From: an uncultured Verrucomicrobiae bacterium
GTDB taxonomy: Bacteria; Verrucomicrobiota; Verrucomicrobiia; Limisphaerales; JAFGQR01
Length of the DNA stretch: 43,085 bases
Assembly (NCBI GenBank): GCA_963788655.1
Contig: CAWBHS010000052.1
Span: 1-43,085 of the forward strand
Reading direction: 5' to 3'
A model generated the notes under the pieces. It was not told the DNA's origin. It did not search any database and was given only the letters and a program-made list of their open reading frames with translations. Within the stretch, counting starts at the first letter, position 1, and each line of letters opens with the position of its first letter. This document shows, piece by piece, positions 1-8,626 of the stretch. The position numbers were made by a program, and so were the translations under genes.

Positions 1-22
1 ACTTATGTGGAGCTCCACATAA

Positions 23-313
23 GTCGATGACATGGGACTCAAGGCGCTGCCCAAACACTCCGGCGAATACCTCCTGGAAGTGGTCATGCGCCGTTACGAG
101 AACCGTTCCACCATCATGACCAGCAACCGCCCCATCCAGGACTGGGGCAAGCTCCTGGGCGACGTGCCCGCCGCCAGTGCCATTCTGGACCGCTTTCTCC
201 ACCATGCCCAAACCATCGCCATCACCGGCCGCAGCTACCGCCTCAAAGATCAGGCCTCGGCTAAAGCGGAGCCGCCGCCCCAACAAACTACCGAGGATCC
301 CGCCCATGACTGA
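23..313 (+). pseudogene. istB: IstB-like AAA+ helper ATPase, C-terminal half (5' truncated)
   Basis: Walker B remnant VDDMG, then RRYENRSTIMTSNRPIQDWGKLLGD-AILDRFLHH-ITGRSYRL, the IstB/DnaC-like signature. An in-frame TAA at 20-22 lies directly upstream. Confidence 0.85.
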
Positions 314-545
314 ACCAGACTCAAGGACATCGAGGATCACCGGCGCGCCTATTTGCGCGGGCCAGGCGAGTCCGTTACGCGTGGCGACCGGCGGCAACGC
401 GAACTGGAGTTCGAAAGTCCGTTGCCGCCGCTCGCCGGCCCGCCCAAATAGACGGCGCGAGGGGCGTCCTTGACGTTCGAAAGACAAAAGTGCGACACTG
501 CCCTTGAACCAAACCGAAGATGTGATATGAAGTGCTCACCTCAGA

Positions 546-598
546 GTGGCTGGTTTTGAATCGCCCATCCGTGGCTGGTTTTCATTCGCCCGGTGACA
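546..598. repeat. IS21 right terminal region with tandem transposase-binding repeats
   Basis: GTGGCTGGTTTTGAATCGCCC (546-566) and GTGGCTGGTTTTCATTCGCCC (571-591), 25-bp period, followed by GGTGACA. Confidence 0.85.
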
Positions 599-862
599 CC
601 AGAAGTCAGCAAGCGCAGTCAATTGACCTACTTGTTTCGCCGGAGCCGTCCGACCATCGTCATGCGGGAAACGGAGGAGTGGACTCGCGTTCTGTGTGCC
701 CTCTGCCTGCACCCCATCGGCTATTACAGCGATAGTTGGGCGGGAGTCATGTGCCCCACGGATGAGGTCATCGCTCATCTGCTGATGATGCGCGGTTGCG
801 AGGAAAAGTACTGGGCCAACGCCAATCAACATCCATCCAACCACCCCGCTGCTGGAATTTGA
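599..862 (+). pseudogene. 3' remnant of a hypothetical gene interrupted by the IS21 element
   Basis: The frame is open from the base after the IS terminus to TGA at 860-862. Protein-like sequence (YLFRRSRPT, CALCLHPIGYY, MCPTDEVIAHLLMMRG) with no convincing start of its own. Confidence 0.5.
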
Positions 863-1014
863 CCGAGTGGCGGGCAAGCGGAGTATCGTCTGCTCACGGG
901 GCTGTCGTGGTTTTGCCTGTAATCCTTCTGACGATGTGGCGTTGAGCACTTTGGCACGATAGGCATTAAGTCTTTGGAGCAAAGTGTTGATCGTTCACCT
1001 TCAGAGCGGTGAAC

Positions 1015-3990
1015 TCACTTTGTGGGAATCGGCACCTTGCAGAACGTGAGCGCGGCAATGCCGTTGGCGCCGTAGAGGAGGTTGTCCGGGCTCCACGACT
1101 TGCTGTCGAGATAGGTAATACGTTGCGCAGTCGAGGGGGTAGCCAGCTTGAGCGTGAGCACATTGCCGGACACGGAACCGCCGGCGACTTTGTCTTTGGT
1201 TCCGTCCAGATAGAATTGGTTGGCGAGGGTATCATCCCACACAACGGGTTGATCGAACTCCAACGCGATCGCGTCTTGGTTATCGCTGATGTAGGCCGCC
1301 CGAATGAGGTTGGGCGGCGTGATGCTCGACGGAAAAACTTTGCCGTAGTTGTCCCGCTCGATCAGCGGTTGAATCAACCGCGCAAACTCCGCCCAGCCGG
1401 CCAGCGGATAATGGCAGCCGCCGGGCGGCTTGATGCCCAGCGTGGACATGATGCTCATGTTGGAATAAAGCGCCGGCAGGGTACGCTGTACTTCGCGCAG
1501 CATGTTGTCGGACCCGTTGACGCCCATGGCGCAGGCTTTGGGCCAGATTTGGAAGAGGTAGTAGTGCTGAACGTTCGGATAGTCCTGTTTCCAAGCCGCC
1601 GACATCTCGACGAAGTATTGTTGATAGGTTTCCCAGCCGTAGCCGCCGGTTGGTCCGTCCGCGCCCTGATCGTTCTCGCCCTGGTGCCAGAGGATGCCGC
1701 GGATGCCATGCGTCAGTTTCGCCTGCCGCACGCGCCACAACAGGCGTCCGTAAATGGTCGAAACGTCTTCGGGATCGGTCGGATTTCGCTGATGCTGGTC
1801 AATTCGTGTTCCGCCGACTGCGCCGTTGATGATGCAGATCGGCAGGTGCTGACTGGCGACCAGTCGCTTGGCGAGTTCCATGCCCCAGTAACCGAGTTGC
1901 AATTGCTCGTCTTGATCCTTCCAAACTGCGTTGCCCCACAGCTTCAACCGGGCCCGTTGCGGATTGCCCCCGGTGCTGCCATAGGTGCGAATCCAGTCGC
2001 TCGTGTACGGTGGCGCGGTTTCGCCGGTATCCGTCGCCAGGGCGTTGGATTGACCTTGGATTACGTAGGCATCGCCGCAGACGAGGTTCGTCGCGGTGTG
2101 GAAGACTGTCTCCCGCTCTCCGGCCTTTGCACCAAACTCCACCCGGTATTTGATCATTCCTGGTTTGAGCTTCGCGGAGAAACTGTATGTTCTGCCCGAT
2201 TCCAGCTTCTGGGTTTGGGTCTGAATGAGTTGGTCGTCGGCGTAGAGTCTTAAAAAAACTGACTCCGCAGCTTCAGTCAGCGAGCCGTTGCAGTAAAGCG
2301 TGCCCTCGTTTTGATCGTCGCGGGCGTAGAATTGGTTGTCCGCTGGTTGCTCGTCCTTCCCCGGCACCCGTTGCACCCAGGGATCATGCTTGGGTTCGCG
2401 CACGGTGATGGTGGCTGTCTGCGTGGTCGTGGCGCCGCCGTTGCTGAGGGCGAGCGTGACGCTGAGTTGGCCGCTGTTCTGGGAGCGCTTGAGAATCAGT
2501 CGGTCGGGAGCGATTTCCTTGATTACCGCGAGGCCTGAAACGCTCCAAACATAGCTCAGTTCACCCGCGCCTTTCGCCTGCATCGCGGGGATATTTGAAA
2601 TCGTCGGCACCACCTCGATGGTTGCGCGTCCGTCCCACTGTGCCGGTGCTTTCAACGTGAATATGGGCTCGGGAATGTCTTCCTGGATCATTATGGCGAT
2701 GTCCTTCGTCTTTACGCCGTCCGCATAGACCGCCTTGAATCGAACAATTGTCGATTGGTCGCCCACCACCCGGCCGGCATCGAGGGTAAAGGCAAACCGA
2801 TCCACCGCGGCGGTCGTTTCGCGTCCGTCGCGCTGGAGAATCCAATACACCTTCTGCGCGCCGCCCGCTTTGACGGAGAGTGTTACGCTCTGCCCTTCGG
2901 CCACCGTTAATGTCGGCGAGGCCACGGAAAATTCGTCGCCCGGTTGCACCACCGGGCCAACCAGCGTCGGCAGAGGTTTTTGATTTTCGAATTCGAGCCG
3001 CACCCAGTCGGCGGACCGCCTCACCTTGGAAATCCGCACTTCGTCAATGTCGCCGACGAAGTTGTAATGGTTGTACCATCCACCGATCCACAGCCGGGCC
3101 GGACTCCGGATATTCAAAGGTGCCGCCCGGGAGGTCGATGCGCCGTCGAGGAGGCCGTTCACATAAATCCGCGAATCGCCTTGCTGATAGGTGTGAACCA
3201 CCTGGATCCACTGGGACAGGGGAAGTATGTTGGTGCCTTGGACGTTTCCATCGGAAAAGTAGCAGTCCATGTTGATATGCGGCGGGCTGCGAAATTGCAT
3301 GACCACTTTGCCTTGCGCCTGTTCATTGCCCCAGCCGAGGAGGGTTGCATTGGGCTGCTCCGACCGGAACCATGCTTCGGTGCTGTGCGGCCTGGCGCCC
3401 GACGGAAAGTTCTCAATCTTGTCTCCGCAAAAAACGCCCTGCCGGCCCGCGAGGTGTCGCGCCGGCCCGACCACCCCGGCGGTCGCCATCGTGCCGACGT
3501 TCTTCGAGTCGAGCGTGCCCACTTCGTCTTTCACCGGCTCGCTCATGTGCCAGACGCTGAGATAGCCGTTGGAGGCATTGAACACCGCGGTGCCGCTTGA
3601 CTCACTCGCTGCGTCAGGATTGCCCCAGTGCATTTTGATTTCCTGGCGCGCGTTGCCCCGAATGACGGGGATGCGGACCCAAATGCTGGCGTTGCCCTGG
3701 GCCGCATCCCACTCCTCGATTTGATACGCCAATGGTGTGCCGTCGCTGGTGGTGAAACGAATGTCCTGGCCGTTTGCTCTCGCTTGGCGGAAGTCAAAGA
3801 AGTCTCGGTGCAATCGCACCAACAGCGGGAAGTCTTTCTCGACCACCGAAGCCGGTAAGTTGGCACCTTCCGGCGTGGTCAGGATGTAGATGGAGCCTGA
3901 GTGTTGCCAACCAGCATATTGCGCCTGAACCGGCGCCCCAACCAGCGCAGTCAGCAGGGCCAGCACGTGAAAACACATTCGGTGGTTCAT
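1015..3990 (-). CDS. Secreted multidomain protein: DUF2341 + LamG-like + Ig-like + SGNH/SASA (DUF303-type) carbohydrate esterase
   Basis: Signal peptide (VLALLTALVGAPVQA), DIRFT-LAYQIEEWD-IWVRIP (DUF2341), GDIDEVRIS (LamG), GDAYVIQGQSNA and WHQGEND (SASA-type SGNH). Start placed at ATG 3990. Confidence 0.8.
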   Translation of the reverse strand: MNHRMCFHVLALLTALVGAPVQAQYAGWQHSGSIYILTTPEGANLPASVVEKDFPLLVRLHRDFFDFRQARANGQDIRFTTSDGTPLAYQIEEWDAAQGNASIWVRIPVIRGNARQEIKMHWGNPDAASESSGTAVFNASNGYLSVWHMSEPVKDEVGTLDSKNVGTMATAGVVGPARHLAGRQGVFCGDKIENFPSGARPHSTEAWFRSEQPNATLLGWGNEQAQGKVVMQFRSPPHINMDCYFSDGNVQGTNILPLSQWIQVVHTYQQGDSRIYVNGLLDGASTSRAAPLNIRSPARLWIGGWYNHYNFVGDIDEVRISKVRRSADWVRLEFENQKPLPTLVGPVVQPGDEFSVASPTLTVAEGQSVTLSVKAGGAQKVYWILQRDGRETTAAVDRFAFTLDAGRVVGDQSTIVRFKAVYADGVKTKDIAIMIQEDIPEPIFTLKAPAQWDGRATIEVVPTISNIPAMQAKGAGELSYVWSVSGLAVIKEIAPDRLILKRSQNSGQLSVTLALSNGGATTTQTATITVREPKHDPWVQRVPGKDEQPADNQFYARDDQNEGTLYCNGSLTEAAESVFLRLYADDQLIQTQTQKLESGRTYSFSAKLKPGMIKYRVEFGAKAGERETVFHTATNLVCGDAYVIQGQSNALATDTGETAPPYTSDWIRTYGSTGGNPQRARLKLWGNAVWKDQDEQLQLGYWGMELAKRLVASQHLPICIINGAVGGTRIDQHQRNPTDPEDVSTIYGRLLWRVRQAKLTHGIRGILWHQGENDQGADGPTGGYGWETYQQYFVEMSAAWKQDYPNVQHYYLFQIWPKACAMGVNGSDNMLREVQRTLPALYSNMSIMSTLGIKPPGGCHYPLAGWAEFARLIQPLIERDNYGKVFPSSITPPNLIRAAYISDNQDAIALEFDQPVVWDDTLANQFYLDGTKDKVAGGSVSGNVLTLKLATPSTAQRITYLDSKSWSPDNLLYGANGIAALTFCKVPIPTK

Positions 3991-4124
3991 GCCGGGGATT
4001 GAACACCGGGAGGGCGGAGGATTCAATCGAAACGGAAGGTTTCGACCGCAATCCAAATCGAAGCGTTAAAGGGTTGAGGAGTTAAAACGGTGGCCCATCC
4101 AAGCGGCTTGATTGTATCCACATC

Positions 4125-4146
4125 GTAGCAGCCGACGGGAGGAGGC
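4125..4146. repeat. Single GTAG-type REP-like sequence
   Basis: Intergenic GTAGCAGCCGACGGGAGGAGGC, a GTAG tetranucleotide followed by an imperfect palindrome. Confidence 0.35.
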
Positions 4147-4217
4147 GCTGACGTTTCCCGGTTGTGGATTCACCAGTCCGTAATATGCGATGTTTGGGAG
4201 CCTATGGCCTGGGAACG

Positions 4218-6131
4218 CTATTCACGGGTAATCTTCAGATTCCGAACCGTGCCGGTGAAACGTGCCGGCGGGGTGTAATCGCCCACGGCCATACGATTGT
4301 CGTGGCCCACGCAGAAATCCTCGACTGGCTGGCGTGAAATGAGTTCCGGCCCTTTGCCTTGGGCGACGGTGCGCCCGTCAATCGCAAGCGACATGGCGCC
4401 GTCGCGGGCGAGGCGGGCTTCGAGCTTGAAAGCAGAGGCCGGCGTCGCGTTCGCGGTGATGGAAACCGGCTTGCCGTCATCGCGGACGGTGAATTCGAGT
4501 TGGCCGTTACGCAGGTAAACGGCGTAGCCATACGTAATACCGCCGTGCGCGACGATAACCCCGTTGGACGACTTTGGCTCGACTTCACACGTGATGGTCA
4601 GCGCTTTCTTGGCGACGTCCGGTGCGTCATAATCCCCGAGCGAGTCGCCCAGTTCCAGCGTGTCGAGCGCTGGCGCCTCGCCGTTACCGAACGCTGGGGC
4701 CTGTCCCGGCAGCCACAAGCCGACCGGCTTGGTCACCCGGCCAGGGGCGCGCACACCGGGGCCCAGCTTGTTCGTGCCGAGATCGGTGTTCATCTTCGCT
4801 ATGAGTTGCTGGAGACGCGCCACCACATCGGGATGCTGGGCGATCACGTTGGTGCGTTCGCCAATGTCGGTGTCCAAGTTGTAGAGCGTGGGGGTGAACG
4901 GCGTCTGGGGCGAGACGGCTTTGGCACTTTTGGGGCGGCATTCGTTCTGGCGCATGATGGCGAGTTTCCAGGGACCGGACCGGACGGCTTGGAGGTTGTT
5001 GCCGGAGAAATAATACATCGCCTCGTGCGGCGATGCTTGCGTCTGCCCCAACAGCAACGGCGAGATGTCCTTGCCATCAATCCGGTTGTCGGTCGGCACA
5101 CGGCCACCGGCAAGACTTACGAACGTGGGCAAAAAATCAATGTTCCCTGCAATGGCCTCGCAGACCTGGCCGGCGGGCACGTGGCCGGGCCACCAGGCAA
5201 TCGTCGGCTCGCGCATGCCGCCTTCGTAGGTGCCGCCCTTGCCACCTCGCAACGGGCCGGCCACGCCGCCGTTGGCACCCTGCGTGAGCCATGGGCCGTT
5301 GTCGCTGCTGTAAATGACCAGCGTTTGTTTGGTGAGCTTGAGCTCGCGCAACGCGTCGAACACGCGCCCGACACTCCAGTCGATTTCCTCCACCCAATCA
5401 CCGTAGCGGCCGTTGGTGGATTGACCTTGAAACTTCTTGCCCGGGTGCAGCGGGACGTGAACCGCCGTGTGGGGGAAATAGAGGAAGAAAGGACCTTCGC
5501 GGTGCTCGCGAATAAATTTCACCGCTTCCTCAGTGTAGCGTTCGGTGAGCGCATCCTGCTGCGCGGGTGAAACGGTTTCGATCACCTGGCCGTCGCGGAT
5601 GAGCGGCAGGGGCGGGCGTTTGTCCCGCCTCCGCCGGGCGGCGCTGGCACCCGGAGGCGGCCCGCCCATGTCGTTCGAGTAGGGCAGACCGAAGTAATGA
5701 TCGAAGCCGTGGCGCGTGGGAAGAAACTCCCATTGATCGCCAACATGCCACTTACCGATGCACATCGTGGCATAGCCGCGTTCTTTCAGGAGTTCGGCAA
5801 CCGTGTGTTCCTGCGGATTCAGTCCAATCGGACAGGCGGGAAAAATCACATTCGGCAGCGAAACCCGTTTGGCGTAGCAGCCGGTGAGCACCTGCGCCCG
5901 CGACGGCGTGCAGACCGGCGCGGCGTAGAAACTGGTGAACTTCAATCCCTCGCGCGCCATGCGATCCAGGTTGGGCGTGCGGTTGATCTTCGAGCCGAAT
6001 GGCCCAACGTCGCCATAGCCCAGGTCGTCGGCGAAGATGAGGATGATGTTGGGCTTGGACGTTTCGGCGGCGCGCAGCGCGGACCCTGGAATGAGCAGCA
6101 AAACGGCAAGCGCAAGAACCAACTGTTTCAT
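4218..6131 (-). CDS. Secreted S1-type arylsulfatase with C-terminal LamG/ConA-like domain
   Basis: PNIILIFADDLGYGD, formylglycine motif CTPSRAQVLTG, GKWH, SSDNG, YEGGMREP, and a signal peptide. Alternative GTG start at 6161. Confidence 0.92.
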   Translation of the reverse strand: MKQLVLALAVLLLIPGSALRAAETSKPNIILIFADDLGYGDVGPFGSKINRTPNLDRMAREGLKFTSFYAAPVCTPSRAQVLTGCYAKRVSLPNVIFPACPIGLNPQEHTVAELLKERGYATMCIGKWHVGDQWEFLPTRHGFDHYFGLPYSNDMGGPPPGASAARRRRDKRPPLPLIRDGQVIETVSPAQQDALTERYTEEAVKFIREHREGPFFLYFPHTAVHVPLHPGKKFQGQSTNGRYGDWVEEIDWSVGRVFDALRELKLTKQTLVIYSSDNGPWLTQGANGGVAGPLRGGKGGTYEGGMREPTIAWWPGHVPAGQVCEAIAGNIDFLPTFVSLAGGRVPTDNRIDGKDISPLLLGQTQASPHEAMYYFSGNNLQAVRSGPWKLAIMRQNECRPKSAKAVSPQTPFTPTLYNLDTDIGERTNVIAQHPDVVARLQQLIAKMNTDLGTNKLGPGVRAPGRVTKPVGLWLPGQAPAFGNGEAPALDTLELGDSLGDYDAPDVAKKALTITCEVEPKSSNGVIVAHGGITYGYAVYLRNGQLEFTVRDDGKPVSITANATPASAFKLEARLARDGAMSLAIDGRTVAQGKGPELISRQPVEDFCVGHDNRMAVGDYTPPARFTGTVRNLKITRE

Positions 6132-6554
6132 GAGCTGAAAGTGTTTCGTCAACGTTTTCACGATCGTGTGTTGGAGGCGATTGTAATCTTCATCCTTTCA
6201 TTGAGAAATGCGAAAACCGAAATAATTGCCGGTATGGACTGGCGCCCCAATCCTAGTGCGCCTGACTTACTTAGCCACGCGGTGGCTTCCTTCTCCCAAG
6301 GCGCTGCAGCGATCCGATACTCCGCTGGGCAGTTGACGATTTGCGTGAGTTTCTCAGCGAAGCTTGCAGTCGCCGGTCGCCTCTGGTAGCGGTCGTTCAT
6401 AACACTTCGCTGTTTTTGGAAGACACAATCCATTTTGATGATGACATTCCACCGCCGAATCGCGCACTCTTCGCGCCATTATGCCGGTCAATGACAGTCC
6501 AACCACGGACTGCATGGTGCTGACGACTGAATGATTCTGATCGAAACAAACAAC

Positions 6555-7833
6555 ATGAAACAACTGACCCATCCGCTGCTCGCCCTGCTTGGAAGTACCC
6601 TACTCCTCGCCGCCGCCCCGAATCCCGACCTCTATTCTGTCCGCGATTTCGGTGCCAAGGGTGATGGCCAGATTGATGACACGGCCGCGTTCCAAAAAGC
6701 GCTGGACACCGCCCGGGAAGCCGGCGGCGGCGTGGTGTATGCGCCGCGGGGCAACTACTTTTTCGCCGGGCATCTCGACGTGCCCGGCGCGGTGACGTTG
6801 AAGGGTGTCTGGGAGTCGGTCCCGTCCCATGTTGGTCTGCGCAATCGCGGCGCGGCCAAACCGACCGATGACGGCACGACGTTCCTGATCACCGACAACC
6901 AGGGGAAGGAAGATGGGGCCGGCCTTCATCACGTTGCACGACAACAGCACCCTCAAGGGCGTCGTCCTCTATTACCCGCAGCAGAATCCCGACGCGGAAC
7001 CGCAACCGTATCCCTACGCCATCGCCATGCGCGGGAAGAATCCGGCGGTGTTGGCGGTCGAAATGCTCAATCCCTACAACGGCATCGACGCCACGCGTAA
7101 CGAACGCCATCTGATTCGCGACGTTCGGGCCAACCCTTGCGACGGGGCATTTACGTCGATGGGATTTATGACATTGGCCGCATTGAGAACGTCCACTTCA
7201 ATCCGTGGTGGAGCATGAGGCCGAACGTCTTTCAAATGGCAGCAGGAGCACGGGGAGGCCTTCATCTTTGGGCGCACCGACTGGCAATACGTCTTCAACA
7301 CGTTTTGTTTCGGCTACAAGGTCGGTTACAAATTCATCCAGACCCGCGCCGGAGTTTGCAACGGGAACTTCCTCGGGATCGGTGCGGACGACTGCTTCAC
7401 CGCGGTCGTGGCCGAGGCCAGCGCGCCCTTCGGCTTGCTGATTTCCAACGGTGAGTTTGTTTCGTTCCACGGCCCCGATCCTACGATGGTTGAGGTGGGC
7501 ACCAACCACACTGGCGCCGTGCGTTTCGTGAACTGCGCGTTCTGGGGCCCCTGCGATCAGATTGCCAAAATCGCCGGCCGCGGGACGGTGGGCTTCACCG
7601 ATTGCACGTTTGTGCAGTGGGACCGGAATCGGGAAGGCCGCCACGCCCTCCAGGCTCAGAGCGGAACCGTACTGGTGCGCGGCTGCGAATTTCGAGAGGA
7701 TAAACCGCAGATCGAATTGGGCGAAGCGGTGCGCCGCGCCGTCATTACCGACAACATTTTCCACGGCAAAGCTAAGGTCACCAATAACAGCAAACGCACG
7801 GTCATCATCAGCAACAATGCGGGTGATGAGTAG
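6555..7833 (+). CDS. Secreted beta-helix protein (pectate_lyase_3/GH28-related), split by about 3 frameshifts
   Basis: Signal peptide and SVRDFGAKGDGQIDDTAAFQKAL motif. The frame continues across ORF pieces 6531-7100, 6913-7218, 7137-7454 and 7408-7833, with shifts near 6915, 7128 and 7230. Confidence 0.75.
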
Positions 7834-7927
7834 CGGCTCCGGGCATTTCCAATTCGTTGGCAGTGGACCGCGTGAATGTTTTGAATCCCAATTACGCCCG
7901 ATTTTATTACCAGGGCGCACGGAGTGG

Positions 7928-7949
7928 GCGCCAGCTTTTGGACTGCGCC
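7928..7949. repeat. REP-like repeat, same family as 28564-28585
   Basis: GCGCCAGCTTTTGGACTGCGCC matches GCGCCAGCGTTTGGAGTGCGCC at 20 of 22 positions. Confidence 0.6.
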
Positions 7950-7994
7950 GGTCGCGCGCAACGGGCACAGCGCGGCAGAGCCGCAACCAATCGG

Positions 7995-8173
7995 CGGGTA
8001 GGGCGAGACTCCGTCAAGCCCATACTTCCCCGCATCGCTGCCAATAATAACTCGAGATCCAAAACGCGGAAAGCCTTCGGCGTTACGAGCACTAAGGATT
8101 TCCCCGTGTTCCTCACCCAGTCGGCGGAAGGGCTTCGGGGATGTCAGGGCTCGCCGGAGTCTCGCCCTACCCG
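7995..8173. repeat. REPIN-like inverted doublet of GTAG-type REPs
   Basis: CGGGTAGGGCGAGACTCCGTCAAGCCC (7995-8021) and GGGCTCGCCGGAGTCTCGCCCTACCCG (8147-8173) are 27-bp inverted arms with 2 mismatches. Confidence 0.8.
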
Positions 8174-8395
8174 ACCGGCGCTGCTGGCAGAAATTTCCGT
8201 CGCAGCTTGCGACTAATTTGCACTGTTGCTGTACAATGGTCAGCCATCCGACCGTACGACGAAGAAGCTTCTGGGCTTGCCGATTTCGAGTTCCGGTCAG
8301 CCGGTGCGGTTTCGATAATAAAACGTTACCCCCAGACCATGGCCGAGACGCGGGCCGTATCCATTCAGTAGCTGGCGATGACGCGATTCGGCGCG

Positions 8396-8528
8396 GTAGG
8401 ACGGGCGTCTCGCCTGTCTCGAATAGCCAAGCACATCCTCACCTGTTGGTGACTTGGAGAGACTTCCTACGCCGCGGTGCCAATCGATGGTTGGCAGTCG
8501 GTCGAGACAGGCGGGACGCCTGTCCTAC
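8396..8528. repeat. Second REPIN-like inverted doublet (different GTAG family)
   Basis: GTAGGACGGGCGTCTCGCCTGTCTCGA (8396-8422) and TCGAGACAGGCGGGACGCCTGTCCTAC (8502-8528), with 2 mismatches that can form G-U pairs. Confidence 0.8.
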
Positions 8529-8626
8529 GGAATAGTCACAGCTAGCAAGCTGCGCAACGTGGTGGCATGAGAACGATCCAAGATTAATGCTGCCTGCGAA
8601 ACATGTCGCGACGGCCAGTCGGCCGT

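Larger units (their letters stand above)
23..598 (+). mobile_element. Right part of an IS21-family insertion sequence
   Basis: Contains the IstB C-terminal half, a non-coding tail, two tandem 21-bp subterminal repeats and the terminal dinucleotide CA (GGTGACA, 592-598), as is typical of IS21 ends. Confidence 0.85.

Noticed and set aside
940..1014. Imperfect inverted repeats as an integron attC site
   Set aside because: No proper RYYYAAC/GTTRRRY core pair and no integrase or cassette array; more likely terminator-type hairpins between convergent genes.
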